From assembly GCA_963725075.1 (NCBI GenBank), contig CAVRXA010000026.1, positions 46,288 through 110,287 of the forward strand: 64,000 nt of DNA, in the 5' to 3' direction. This document shows, piece after piece, positions 55,386 to 64,000 of the stretch (position 1 is its first letter; every line of letters begins with the position of its first letter). The translations under genes and the position numbers were made by a program. The notes beneath the pieces were generated by a model. That model worked only from the letters and a program-made list of their open reading frames with translations, was not told the DNA's origin and searched no databases. This DNA is from an uncultured Acidobacteriota bacterium. Its GTDB lineage: Bacteria; Actinomycetota; Acidimicrobiia; Spongiisociales; ZC4RG35.

Positions 55386-56408
55386 ATCACGACGCAACCC
55401 GTCATCGAACTGGTCGAACTGGGATTCCCCTGGCCCGGCCTCGACCCGTTCATCTTCACCGTCCACCATTTCGACGCTTATCCGGCAGGCAACGACGATC
55501 TCGGCCCGGCCGCCTCACTGGGCGGGCGCGACATCGGCGTCGACTTCTCCTATCTCGACGGATGGAGCATGTACCACGGCGACGTGGTGCCGGGCTTCCC
55601 CCAGCACCCACATCGCGGGTTCGAGACCGTGACCGTCGTCCGCCGTGGCTATGTCGACCACTCCGATTCGCTCGGCGCCACCGCTCGGTACGGCCAGGGT
55701 GACGTGCAATGGCTGACCACTGGCAGCGGGATCATGCACGCCGAGATGTTCCCCCTTCTGGACCCGGGCGGGCCCAATCCCATGGAGCTGTTCCAGATAT
55801 GGCTGAACCTCCCGCCCGAATCGAAGATGGTCCCGGCATATTTCGGGATGCTCTGGGGCGAGGACATCCCGAGGATCGCTCCGTCCCCGGGTGTCGAGGT
55901 CGAGGTGATGGCGGGTTCCATCGAGTCCAATCGACCGCCCTCTCCCCCACCCGACTCGTGGGGATCGCGGACCGACTCACATCTCGCCATCTGGCATATC
56001 ACTCTCGAACCGGGCTCTCGCTGGGAAATGCCACTCGCGCCCACCGGGGTGAATCGAATGTTGCACTGTGTCCAGGGCAACGACGTCCGGATCGGGTCCA
56101 CACGCTTCGGCGAGAAGATCGGGGCCAGGCTTCGACCCGACGTCGCGACGACCATCGAGAACCACGGCGACCCGGCCGCCTTTCTCCTTCTCCAGGGACA
56201 ACCGATCGGCGCCCCTGTGTTCCAACTGGGCCCATTCGTGATGAACTCGGCCGAGGAGTTGCGGCAGGCGGTCGATGACTACCACCGAACCCAGTTCGGT
56301 GGATGGCCCTGGTCACGCCGGGATCCGGTGCATCCCCGAAGCGAAGGGCGGTTCGCCATCCACGCCGATGGCAGGGTGGAGCATCGGGACATGATCCCGA
56401 CCGGTTGA
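55386..56408 (+). CDS. pirin-family bicupin protein; apparent ATC start
   Basis: ORF-track 55569..56408 carries HPHRGFETVTVV. The same frame is open from 55371 and encodes the expected N-terminal cupin strands (GFPWPGLDPFIFTVHHFDAYPAGN). It has no ATG/GTG/TTG. AAGGAG at 55376-81 lies 4 nt before ATC 55386. Confidence 0.75.
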   Translation: MTTQPVIELVELGFPWPGLDPFIFTVHHFDAYPAGNDDLGPAASLGGRDIGVDFSYLDGWSMYHGDVVPGFPQHPHRGFETVTVVRRGYVDHSDSLGATARYGQGDVQWLTTGSGIMHAEMFPLLDPGGPNPMELFQIWLNLPPESKMVPAYFGMLWGEDIPRIAPSPGVEVEVMAGSIESNRPPSPPPDSWGSRTDSHLAIWHITLEPGSRWEMPLAPTGVNRMLHCVQGNDVRIGSTRFGEKIGARLRPDVATTIENHGDPAAFLLLQGQPIGAPVFQLGPFVMNSAEELRQAVDDYHRTQFGGWPWSRRDPVHPRSEGRFAIHADGRVEHRDMIPTG

Positions 56409-56827
56409 TGGCGGGCTACAGCGGCACACCGCTCATCCAGAAGCTGGGCATCAAGGAGGGAATGACGGTGGGCATCCTCAACATGCCCAACTACTACGAC
56501 CTCGATCTTGGCGACCTGCCTCCCGACCTCCAGATCCACCGGGGCGAGTTTCCGGCCGACATCTTCATCGTCTTCGCCGAGCGCTCGGACGAGGCCGAAC
56601 GCGGGTTTCAGACCGCGATCACCGCTCTACCGGCGGATGGGGCGATCTGGGTGTTCTGGCCCAAGAAGAGCTCCGGCGTGGATACCGACCTGACCGAGCA
56701 GACGTTGCGAGACCTCTTCCTCCCCACGGGAATGGTCGACAACAAGGTGGCTGCAGTCGACGAGACCTGGTCGGGCCTCCGGTTCGTCGTCCGCAAGGAG
56801 AATCGCGAGAGCTGGCCGGCGGCCTGA
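56408..56827 (+). CDS. DUF3052-like conserved hypothetical protein
   Basis: TGATG overlap with the pirin stop. MAGYSGTPLIQKLGIKEGM...DGAIWVFWPKK...NKVAAVDETWSGLRFV. The family name is from memory. Confidence 0.5.
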   Translation: MAGYSGTPLIQKLGIKEGMTVGILNMPNYYDLDLGDLPPDLQIHRGEFPADIFIVFAERSDEAERGFQTAITALPADGAIWVFWPKKSSGVDTDLTEQTLRDLFLPTGMVDNKVAAVDETWSGLRFVVRKENRESWPAA

Positions 56828-56829
56828 CC

Positions 56830-57220
56830 TCAGAGGGTGAACCGAAAGGGCAGGAGCTCGTCGAGAGTGTGCTCCCGGATCTCGGACCCCTCACCCGCCG
56901 CCACGATCACCTTCTCCACGCCGAACTCGGCCATGATCTGCCGGCAACGCCCGCACGGATAAGCCCCCAGGACATTCGTGGCGTCGATACAGCTGACCGC
57001 GAGCGTGTCGATCTTGCGCACTCCGGTGGCGACCGCGGTGTGGATGGCGGTGGCCTCGGCGCAATTTGAAGTCGGGTAGGCGGCGTTCTCGATGTTGGCA
57101 GCCGGTGAAGGTCTGCCCATTGGCAGCCACGACTACCGCTCCGACTCGAAAATGTGAGTACGGCGAGTATGCGTTCTCGGCGGCAGCGCGGGCTGCAGCC
57201 ACCAGTTCTTCTCGATTCAC
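56830..57220 (-). CDS. cdd: cytidine deaminase, frame broken near 57097
   Basis: 56891..57220(-) gives AENAYSPYSHFRVGAVVVAANGQTFTG. 56830..57120(-) gives NIENAAYPTSNCAEATAI...PCGRCRQ. Removing one C from TGCCAAC restores GCNIEN. Confidence 0.8.
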
Positions 57221-58214
57221 GACTGCTCCAGGAGATCGGCGACGAACGAGTCCGGGTCGAAAGGCACGAGATCGTCGATCCCCTCACCCAGCCCGACGAA
57301 CTTAATCGGGACACCGAGTTGACGCTCGATCGCGATGACGATGCCCCCTTTGCCGTCCCGTCGAGCTTGGTGAGCACGATGCCGCTGATCGGGACGGCCG
57401 CGGAGAACTCCCGCACCTGGGTCACGCCGTTCTGCCCGCCGGTTGCGTCGAGGACCAGCAGCACCTCGTCGACCTCGCCACGGTCGCCAGAGGCCACTCG
57501 ATGGATCTTCCCCAACTCGGCCATCAGGTTCTTCTTGCCATGAAGCCGGCCGGCCGTGTCGACGATCACCACGTCGTCTCCCCGGGCGCGGGCCGACCCG
57601 ATGGCGTCGAATGCGACCGACGCGGGATCTCCGCCCTCCTGCCCCGAGACCACCTTCACCCCGAGCCGATCCCCCCACGTCGTCAGCTGTGCCCCCGCTG
57701 CGGCCCGGAACGTGTCTCCGGCGGCGAGGACGACTCCGCTGCCGTCGTTCTGGAGCCGTGCGGCCAGCTTGGCGATGGTGGTCGTCTTTCCGGTCCCGTT
57801 GACACCTACCACGAGGATCACGGCCGGTTTGCCCTCGAGATGCAACCCGCGGTCCTTGTCGCCGAGCTCTGCCCTCAACTGGGTTGCGAGCGCCTCACGG
57901 GCCTGTTCGGGCGTCTCGGGGGCGGCAGATCTGACCCCGGCGACCACAGAGGTCGTGGCCTCCAGACCGACGTCGGCACCGAGCAGCGCCTCCTCGAGGT
58001 CATCCCAGGTGTGATCGTCGAGACCGGTGCCCCATGCCCGACGCAGGGAAGCCCCGAGGGCGGTGGCGCTTCGCCCGATCCGGGATGGCCGTTTCGTCTC
58101 GACTGACGAAGGCCCACTATCGGCGCCGCGCCGGCGACGGATCACGATGAGGACCGTGACCACAACGACGAGCGCGACGATGACGAGGATCAGGGCCCAT
58201 TCGCTCGTTCCCAT
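57217..58214 (-). CDS. ftsY: signal recognition particle receptor FtsY, frame broken at the C5 run 57344-57348
   Basis: 56907..58214(-) gives the TM N-terminus and the NG domain to ...LTKLDGTAKG. 57217..57678(-) supplies GIVIAIERQLGVPIKFVGLGEGIDDLVPFDPDSFVADLL. One missing G (minus strand) joins them. Confidence 0.85.
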
Positions 58215-58230
58215 TGCTATGCCAAGCTAA

Positions 58231-61200
58231 TTAGACGGCGAGATCGACACCGACCGAGGTCATGTCCTTACGGACGACCTGTGAGGACCCACCCGGCTCC
58301 ATGGTGACCCCGTAGAGCACATCGGCGGCCTCCATGGTCTGCTGTTGATGGGTCACGATCAACAATTGCGCCCTCTGACGGAACTCGTCGACGATGCGGA
58401 GGAAGCGCCGGAGATTGGCGTCGTCGAGAGCGGCCTCCACCTCGTCGAGCACGTAGAAGGGGCTCGGCCTGGCTTCGAAGATGGAAAAGAGGAAGGCGAG
58501 CGCGGCCAGGCTCCGCTCCCCACCGGAGAGCAGCGTGAGCTGGCTGACCTTCTTGCCCAGGGGTTGCGCCTCGATCATCAACCCGGAATGGGCGTCGTCG
58601 GGGTCGGCGAGCCGTATCCGGCCTCTACCGCCCGGGAAGAGCACGGTGAAGTAGCGCTGATACGCCTCCGCCACCTCGGCGAAGGCTTCCTGAAAGCGAA
58701 GCTCGATCTCGTCCTCCAGCGCCCTGATCACCTTGCGGAGCTCGGAGCGAGACGATTCCACATCGGCCAGTTGGTCGACCAGGAAAGTATGCCGCTCGTC
58801 TAGCTCGGCGAACTCGTCCGCCGCCAGCGGATTGATCGGGCCGAGGCGGCGAAGCTGAGCCGATCGCTCCTCCAGGATGGCGGGCAGATCGGCGTCGTCG
58901 GGATAGTCGGGGCGGAGGGCACCATGAGCCGCTTCGACGTCGGCATCGGCATCACGGCGGACACTCTCGATGACACTCTCCCTCAAGAGACGCAACTCGG
59001 TCAGACGCACCTGGAGGGCAGCCACGGTCTCACGTGCCGCTGCCACTGAGGTTCGTCGTTCTTCCATTTGGGAGCGCGCCCGGGACAGCTCGGTGACGGT
59101 GCCTTCATTCTCGGCGCGGAGACCGGCCTGACGCTCACGCAGGCTCGCCAGCCTCCCCTGCAGGATCTCGACGGCGTCGCGGGCGTATCGATCGACCAGG
59201 TCGAGCCGCTCGACTGCGATCGGTGCCGGTTCCTCGCCATCGACACGAGCGAGGTCGGCCTCGATCCTGACGACACGTTCCTCGAGAAGACGCCGGCGCT
59301 CGGAGACGACGCCTTGCACCGACGCCGCTTCCTGCCATTCGGACCTGGCGATCTCGCGATCGGCAGCAATCTGGATGCGCCGGCGCTCCAACTCCTCCCA
59401 GACCCGCATCCTCCCGGCTTCTTCTCCTTCGAGAGCCTCGAGTCGCCCGGTGAGCTCGGTGATCTGACGATCCCGCTCTGCCGCTCCCTCCTCGATGGAG
59501 CCGAGCCGCTCTTTGAGTCGGGCCCGCTCGCCTTCGAGGGCATCGACCGACTTCTGGAGTCGGCCCATGGCCTCAGCTCGTCCGGCCAGCGCCGCTTCGG
59601 CCGATTCGAGCCGCTCGAGCGCCGCCCGCTCCAGGTCGCGGCTCTTCTCGAAGTCGCGCTTGGCGGCCGTGTGGATGGAGGATGCGCGGGAAAGGTCCGT
59701 CTTTGCCTGTTCGGCCGCCACCCGGGCCGTCTCGACCATCGCCGGTCCGGCACCTTCGGGTTGGGCGATCTGGACACCGTCGATCGACACCAGGTCACCT
59801 TCGGGTGTCACCGCCCTGAGGGCAGGGTGGCGGGCGACAAGGGCCAGGGCGGTCGCCCATCCCTCCACAAGAAGGACATCGCCGAGCAGATGACGGGCCA
59901 GACCAAGATCAGCACGCGGTCCGAGCCGATCCACGAGGGCATCCACGCCTGTTGCGGCGGCGATCTCGGAGGCCGGCGCCGACCCCCGGTTCACCGCCGA
60001 CACGACCGGCACGCCGCCTCCTCCGGAAGACTTGACTGTCTCCACCGCCTCCTTGAGCCGATCGACGCTCTGGAAGGCGACAGCGTCGGCCCAGCGCCCC
60101 AGAGCCGCGTCAACCGCCTTCTCCAACCCGGCCGGGATGTCGAGACGGGAGACGAGGGCCCCAAGGGCTCCATCCACGGTCTCCACCCTGCGCCGGGATT
60201 CGACGTCGACGCTGCCGGACAGAGCGGCTTCCAAGGCGTCGACTCTGGCCTCGGTGGCAGCAACGGCCAATCTGGCCTCGGTGATCGCTTCCTCCGCCCC
60301 GGACCAGGTCTTCTGATCGGTCTCGCGCCGCCGGCTCGCCTTCTGATAACCCTGCTGGATCCCGGATACGTCCTCGTCCAGGGCACGAATCTCATCGTTG
60401 ATCCGCGAGATCTCACCGGATTCGTCGCCGAGCTGTGAGTCGACCACGGCGAGCCTGCGCTCGATGCCCTCGACCTCGCGGCTGTCGCGCACACCGGCAG
60501 CTTGGAGCACCGAAAGCTCGCCACGCACTGCCGCCAGCGCCCCCTCCGGGGACAACGCATTCTGGGTGGCGATTGCCCGCTCCTCGTCCTCCAGACGTCT
60601 GAATCGTGCCTCCACGGCCTCCGCATGGCTGGTCGCCTCGGTCTCGGATGCGGTGACTCCGACCAGCTCGTCGACGATCCCACCGAGCTCCAAGCGAAGG
60701 TCCGATCGGCGCTCGAGCCCGGCCTGCCTCCTCCCGCTGACGGCACGGCTTCTCTCCTGGGCGACAGCTCCGAGACGTCGCAATCTCTCGACCGTTGTCT
60801 CGAGACGGGCAGCTGCACCGGTGTCGCGATCGAGATCCATGCCCACCGTCGATGCCCGAGCTGTCAGGGCCTCAACGGATGCTGTCAAGACGACCAGCTC
60901 CGACTCGTCCGATGCGATCTGACCGGTCAGCGTCTCCAGGGTGACGCTCCCGGCCTCCATCTCGGTCTCGTAGGCATCTAGCGCCAGCCCGGCGAGGTAC
61001 AGACTCAGATCGCGCACCTCGGATTTCAACCCGTGATACCGCTCGGCCGCCCGCGCCTGACGGCGGAGGGGTCTCAATTGCCGTTCGATCTCCCCGATGA
61101 GATCCTGGAGTCGGAGTACGTCCTCGTCGGTTCGTTCGAGACGACGCTCTGCTTTCTCCTTTCGGCGGCGGTGCTTGAGGATGCCCGCTGCCTCCTCGAT

Positions 61201-61689
61201 CACGGCCCGGTGGTCCTCGGGAGAGGCGTTGAGCACCTCGTCGACCTGACCCTGCCCGATGATCACATGTTGATGACGGCCCACGCCGGAGTCGCTGAGC
61301 AATTCCTGCACGTCGAGCAGCCTGCAGCCCACCCCGTTGATCTCGTAGTCGGAGGAGCCGTCGCGGTACAGGCGACGGGTGAGGGCCACCTCCTCGAGGT
61401 CCAGGGGCAGCCTCCGCTCGGCATTGTCGATGATCAGGGTTGCCTCGGCCCGGTTCAACGCAGGGCGAGTGGCGGTGCCGGCGAAGACGACGTCTTCCAT
61501 CTTCCCGGTGCGCAGCGACTTGGTGGACTGCGTCCCCATCACCCAGGACAGGGCGTCGACGAGGTTGGACTTGCCGGAGCCGTTGGGGCCTACGACAACG
61601 GTCACCCCGGGCCGGAACTCGAGTCGGGTCCGGTCGGCGAAAGACTTGAAACCGACGAGCTTCAGTGACTTCAAATACACAGCAAACAC
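58231..61689 (-). CDS. smc: chromosome partition protein Smc
   Basis: 1152 aa. N-terminal GPNGSGKSN, long coiled coils with a hinge, and C-terminal LSGGERSLAALAFLFSIF...YVLDEVEAALD. Confidence 0.95.
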   Translation of the reverse strand: MFAVYLKSLKLVGFKSFADRTRLEFRPGVTVVVGPNGSGKSNLVDALSWVMGTQSTKSLRTGKMEDVVFAGTATRPALNRAEATLIIDNAERRLPLDLEEVALTRRLYRDGSSDYEINGVGCRLLDVQELLSDSGVGRHQHVIIGQGQVDEVLNASPEDHRAVIEEAAGILKHRRRKEKAERRLERTDEDVLRLQDLIGEIERQLRPLRRQARAAERYHGLKSEVRDLSLYLAGLALDAYETEMEAGSVTLETLTGQIASDESELVVLTASVEALTARASTVGMDLDRDTGAAARLETTVERLRRLGAVAQERSRAVSGRRQAGLERRSDLRLELGGIVDELVGVTASETEATSHAEAVEARFRRLEDEERAIATQNALSPEGALAAVRGELSVLQAAGVRDSREVEGIERRLAVVDSQLGDESGEISRINDEIRALDEDVSGIQQGYQKASRRRETDQKTWSGAEEAITEARLAVAATEARVDALEAALSGSVDVESRRRVETVDGALGALVSRLDIPAGLEKAVDAALGRWADAVAFQSVDRLKEAVETVKSSGGGGVPVVSAVNRGSAPASEIAAATGVDALVDRLGPRADLGLARHLLGDVLLVEGWATALALVARHPALRAVTPEGDLVSIDGVQIAQPEGAGPAMVETARVAAEQAKTDLSRASSIHTAAKRDFEKSRDLERAALERLESAEAALAGRAEAMGRLQKSVDALEGERARLKERLGSIEEGAAERDRQITELTGRLEALEGEEAGRMRVWEELERRRIQIAADREIARSEWQEAASVQGVVSERRRLLEERVVRIEADLARVDGEEPAPIAVERLDLVDRYARDAVEILQGRLASLRERQAGLRAENEGTVTELSRARSQMEERRTSVAAARETVAALQVRLTELRLLRESVIESVRRDADADVEAAHGALRPDYPDDADLPAILEERSAQLRRLGPINPLAADEFAELDERHTFLVDQLADVESSRSELRKVIRALEDEIELRFQEAFAEVAEAYQRYFTVLFPGGRGRIRLADPDDAHSGLMIEAQPLGKKVSQLTLLSGGERSLAALAFLFSIFEARPSPFYVLDEVEAALDDANLRRFLRIVDEFRQRAQLLIVTHQQQTMEAADVLYGVTMEPGGSSQVVRKDMTSVGVDLAV

Positions 61690-61743
61690 CTGGCAAATGA
61701 CACGACTGTGATTACCTGGAGCAGGCTAACAGCGGCCTCTCGC

Positions 61744-62037
61744 TCAGTCGCTCTTCATCGGGTTCGGGTAGATGAAGAAGTCACGCAACGTCAGATCGAG
61801 AGCCACTCCATCGGATTCCACACCAACCACTACTGCCATGGAAGGCCCGGACCAAAGCCAGCCGACGAGCCGGTCGACATCGTCGGCAGGGCCCTGGGCG
61901 AAGACCTCTACCCGTCCGTCAGCGACGTTCCTGACCCAGCCCACGAGACCCAGTGAGCGCGCCATCTGGCGGCAGCCCTGACGGTATCCGACCTGCTGCA
62001 CCTGCCCTGAGACATAGGCATGGACCGCCTTGGTCAT
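61744..62037 (-). CDS. acyP: acylphosphatase
   Basis: VHAYVSGQVQQVGYRQG...GWVRNVADGRVEVFAQG. Start at the internal ATG 62037 of ORF 61744..62091. Confidence 0.8.
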   Translation of the reverse strand: MTKAVHAYVSGQVQQVGYRQGCRQMARSLGLVGWVRNVADGRVEVFAQGPADDVDRLVGWLWSGPSMAVVVGVESDGVALDLTLRDFFIYPNPMKSD

Positions 62038-62062
62038 GGTCGCTCCAGCATTCTCGGCCTGC

Positions 62063-62626
62063 TCAGGGGGTCGTACCGTCCGCCCCTCCAACCCGCATCA
62101 ATGGCTTGGTTCCGAGGAACACTGCGAAGAAATCGTTGATGAAGTCCTCCAAGTGCTCAATAGGAACGAAGTCCGACAGTATGAGCTGGTCTTCGGTCAA
62201 ATCCCAGGCCGCGTCGACAACCTCGTCACCAAGCAGGTCGTCCCCACAATCCCAATCGTCACGTAGGAGCGTGGCGACCATCGAGACCCGGTTGCCCGTC
62301 ACTGTGTAAGCGCCTGCACATGGTTCTGGATCTTCCTGCCAGACCATGCTGAAACATCCATCCGCGAAGGTGAGGGTGAACAGCCCGTCATTGACCTCGA
62401 CATCCTCGTCAGGCAAACCGGATGCCTCAGCCAAGTCCTCGAGCGACCAGTCGATCTCATAGACGCCATTGAGAACACTCGGGTCGTCGACGGAGTCAGT
62501 GGTGTTGCAATCGGGGACGCCAAGAGCCGATGAGGTGGGATCGGAACTGGGGTCGCCGCTGCAAGCGGCGAGCCCAAGCAGCGCGACCATCAGCAAGCAG
62601 ACACCGCGTCGTCGACTGAGCCCCAT
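62063..62626 (-). CDS. lipoprotein of unknown function (acidic, 5 additional Cys)
   Basis: Signal peptide plus lipobox MGLSRRRGVCLLMVALLGLAACSG. High third-position G+C. Confidence 0.6.
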   Translation of the reverse strand: MGLSRRRGVCLLMVALLGLAACSGDPSSDPTSSALGVPDCNTTDSVDDPSVLNGVYEIDWSLEDLAEASGLPDEDVEVNDGLFTLTFADGCFSMVWQEDPEPCAGAYTVTGNRVSMVATLLRDDWDCGDDLLGDEVVDAAWDLTEDQLILSDFVPIEHLEDFINDFFAVFLGTKPLMRVGGADGTTP

Positions 62627-62970
62627 GTCACCTCTGGCGAACCGAGCCAGGCTAGTCCCTGGCCCCGCTGCCGCTTCCGATGAACGACAGCCCGCCGTTC
62701 GTCGAGTGTCGGCGTAGCGTCAAAGACCTCGTGATCAGGATGACGACTCCTTGCAGATCGATGAGGTCATGTCCATCCTCGAACAGGTTTGGACCTGGAT
62801 CCTGGATTGGTCTTGGATTCTCGCTCGCCCTTGGCATCGGTCCAATGCGCAGTCTGGCGTGGGAAGGAGACCACGGGCTACTGAAGATCCACGACCGCTA
62901 TGAGCCGCCCACCGGTCTATTCGGTGAGCGGGTCCTTCGGTCAGACGACCTTCTTTCAGCGGCTTTTCCA

Positions 62971-63819
62971 TCAGGTCAGCGGATTTGCTGGCTGACAGTT
63001 GGGACAGAAATGACTCGATCTGGCCCTGATGACGATGCGCTGGATCGGCGTGCCGCAGTTGGGACAGGGCAGGTCGGTTCGGCCATAGACGCGCAACCGG
63101 TCGAGGTTCTCCCCCGCTCGCCCATCGGGTAACAGATATGCCAGGTCGTCGAGACTGGTCCCGCCATTGTCGATGGCATCGCCCAGAACGCTGCGGGTGG
63201 CTTCCAGCAGCCGTGTCAACTCGGCTTCCGACAAGTCACCGCCGGGACGCATCGGATGGATCCCGGCCATGTGCAGCGCCTCGTCGGCGTAGATGTTGCC
63301 CAGACCAGAGAGGATGACCTGGTCGAGCAACAGCGCCTTGATCGGAGCGGTCCTCCTGGCGAGGGCGGCCGCCAGGTCTTCGGCCGACGGCGTGGTGTCC
63401 CAGGCATCGGGCCCCACACGGGACAGACCCGAGTCTTCGATCTCATCACCGGTCACAACGGCTACGAATCCGAACGTGCGGGGATCGATGAAGCGGACCT
63501 CGCGACCGTCGTCCAGCGTCGCCCGGAAATGAGTGTGAGTCGGCTCGACCTCCGCCGGGTCGCCGACGCTGAACCGGCCCGACATCCCCAGGTGGGCCAC
63601 GAGAGTCTGTCCGTCATCGAGTGGCGCGGCGAGGAACTTCCCCTTCCGACCAACTCCGAGCACCGTCCGCCCTTCGAGCCGCTCGTCGATCTCAGTGGGA
63701 CCACCCGCGTTGTAACGGGCGGTTCGGGGATGAGTGGTGAGCACGCGAGTCAGCCGGCGCCCTTTCATCGCATCGTCCAGATGGCGCCGGGTGATCTCCA
63801 CTTCTGGCAGCTCGGGCAA
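62971..63819 (-). CDS. mutM: formamidopyrimidine-DNA glycosylase
   Basis: MPELPEVE N-terminus, an H2TH region, and a C-terminal zinc finger CPNCGTPI...HFCPNCQ. Confidence 0.9.
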   Translation of the reverse strand: MPELPEVEITRRHLDDAMKGRRLTRVLTTHPRTARYNAGGPTEIDERLEGRTVLGVGRKGKFLAAPLDDGQTLVAHLGMSGRFSVGDPAEVEPTHTHFRATLDDGREVRFIDPRTFGFVAVVTGDEIEDSGLSRVGPDAWDTTPSAEDLAAALARRTAPIKALLLDQVILSGLGNIYADEALHMAGIHPMRPGGDLSEAELTRLLEATRSVLGDAIDNGGTSLDDLAYLLPDGRAGENLDRLRVYGRTDLPCPNCGTPIQRIVIRARSSHFCPNCQPANPLT

Positions 63820-63860
63820 GCTCGGCTCCGGGTCGAGGGCTGGTTACCGTACCCGGGCCC

Positions 63861-64000
63861 ATGGAGATAGCCCCCAGGCCGTTTGGTGAGATCCTCGCCG
63901 AGGGCATGACGATGCTCGGCCGGGTCTGGAAGCGAATCCTGGCTCCCGCCTTCTGGGCGTTCGTCGTCCTTGGCGCGGCCACCATTGCCGCATTCGCGCT
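63861..64000 (+). CDS. membrane protein, N-terminal fragment (runs off the window end)
   Basis: My translation is MEIAPRPFGEILAEGMTMLGRVWKRILAPAFWAFVVLGAATIAAFA. It is not in the ORF track because it has no stop. Confidence 0.35.
   Translation, partial: MEIAPRPFGEILAEGMTMLGRVWKRILAPAFWAFVVLGAATIAAFA

Noticed and set aside
275-58214. Frame breaks as programmed ribosomal frameshifting
   Set aside because: I saw no slippery heptamers or downstream pseudoknot-like structures at the sites. The breaks go in both directions, sit at unrelated sequence contexts, and hit genes never reported to use recoding.
62769-62906. 45-codon Trp-rich ORF (MSILEQVWTWILDWSWILARPW...) in the fpg-lipoprotein gap
   Set aside because: It has no usable SD spacing and weak codon bias. 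The Trp richness derives from the TGGAT repeats. I treat the region as non-coding pending data.
1-64000. CRISPR arrays, tRNA, rRNA, tmRNA, integrases, transposases or prophage boundaries
   Set aside because: I found no regularly spaced direct repeats, no tRNA-like T-loop/acceptor patterns in the intergenic gaps, and no integrase or transposase-like ORFs. The only mobile-like gene is the DUF222-HNH ORF.

Overview
High-G+C, actinobacterium-like chromosomal segment with about 80 protein-coding genes. I saw no rRNA, tRNA or CRISPR array.

Backbone: a conserved minus-strand housekeeping set runs through the window: xerC-dprA-comM ... yraN-DUF2469-lepB-rplS-trmD ... rimM-KH-rpsP-ffh ... ftsY-smc-acyP-lipoprotein-fpg. 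From memory this is colinear with the mycobacterial Rv2894c-Rv2924c region. Three blocks of accessory or metabolic genes interrupt it.

The largest block (about 16.5-56.9 kb, between ffh and ftsY) contains:
- an ABC exporter with a divergent GbsR/MarR regulator;
- a form-I aerobic CO dehydrogenase operon (coxM-coxS-coxL with the AYRCSFR signature), an XdhC-YHS fusion and coxG, followed by five translationally coupled single-pass membrane mini-proteins;
- a tandemly duplicated ECF-sigma plus membrane-partner cassette, with a third degraded paralogue at 3.9-5.2 kb;
- two paralogous coxD(MoxR)-coxE(VWA)-xdhC maturation modules in divergent orientation, one of them extended by an uncharacterised 97-aa plus GIY-YIG-like gene pair;
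- ppc, upp, an alkyltransferase-like protein, two SIMPL/DUF541 paralogues and a cysteine synthase-rhodanese fusion;
- a Xanthomonas-type arginine cluster (N-acetylornithine carbamoyltransferase, bifunctional vertebrate-like NAGS/K, argC);
- a rhodanese, a membrane-anchored SUOX-type Mo oxidoreductase, TetR, deoA, etfBA, a DUF222-HNH element, a GNAT, pirin, DUF3052 and cdd.

Main caveat: at least 25 reading-frame breaks are visible, mostly at short homopolymers. They include essential ftsY, and cdd. Most are probably assembly indels, so the pseudogene calls here are provisional.

Other points:
- Pirin, and possibly coxM and lepB, lack a canonical start codon where homology requires one. For pirin and coxM a strong Shine-Dalgarno precedes an ATC.
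- The ORF track treats GTG and TTG as Met starts.
- All family calls rest on my reading of the supplied translations. No database search was run.
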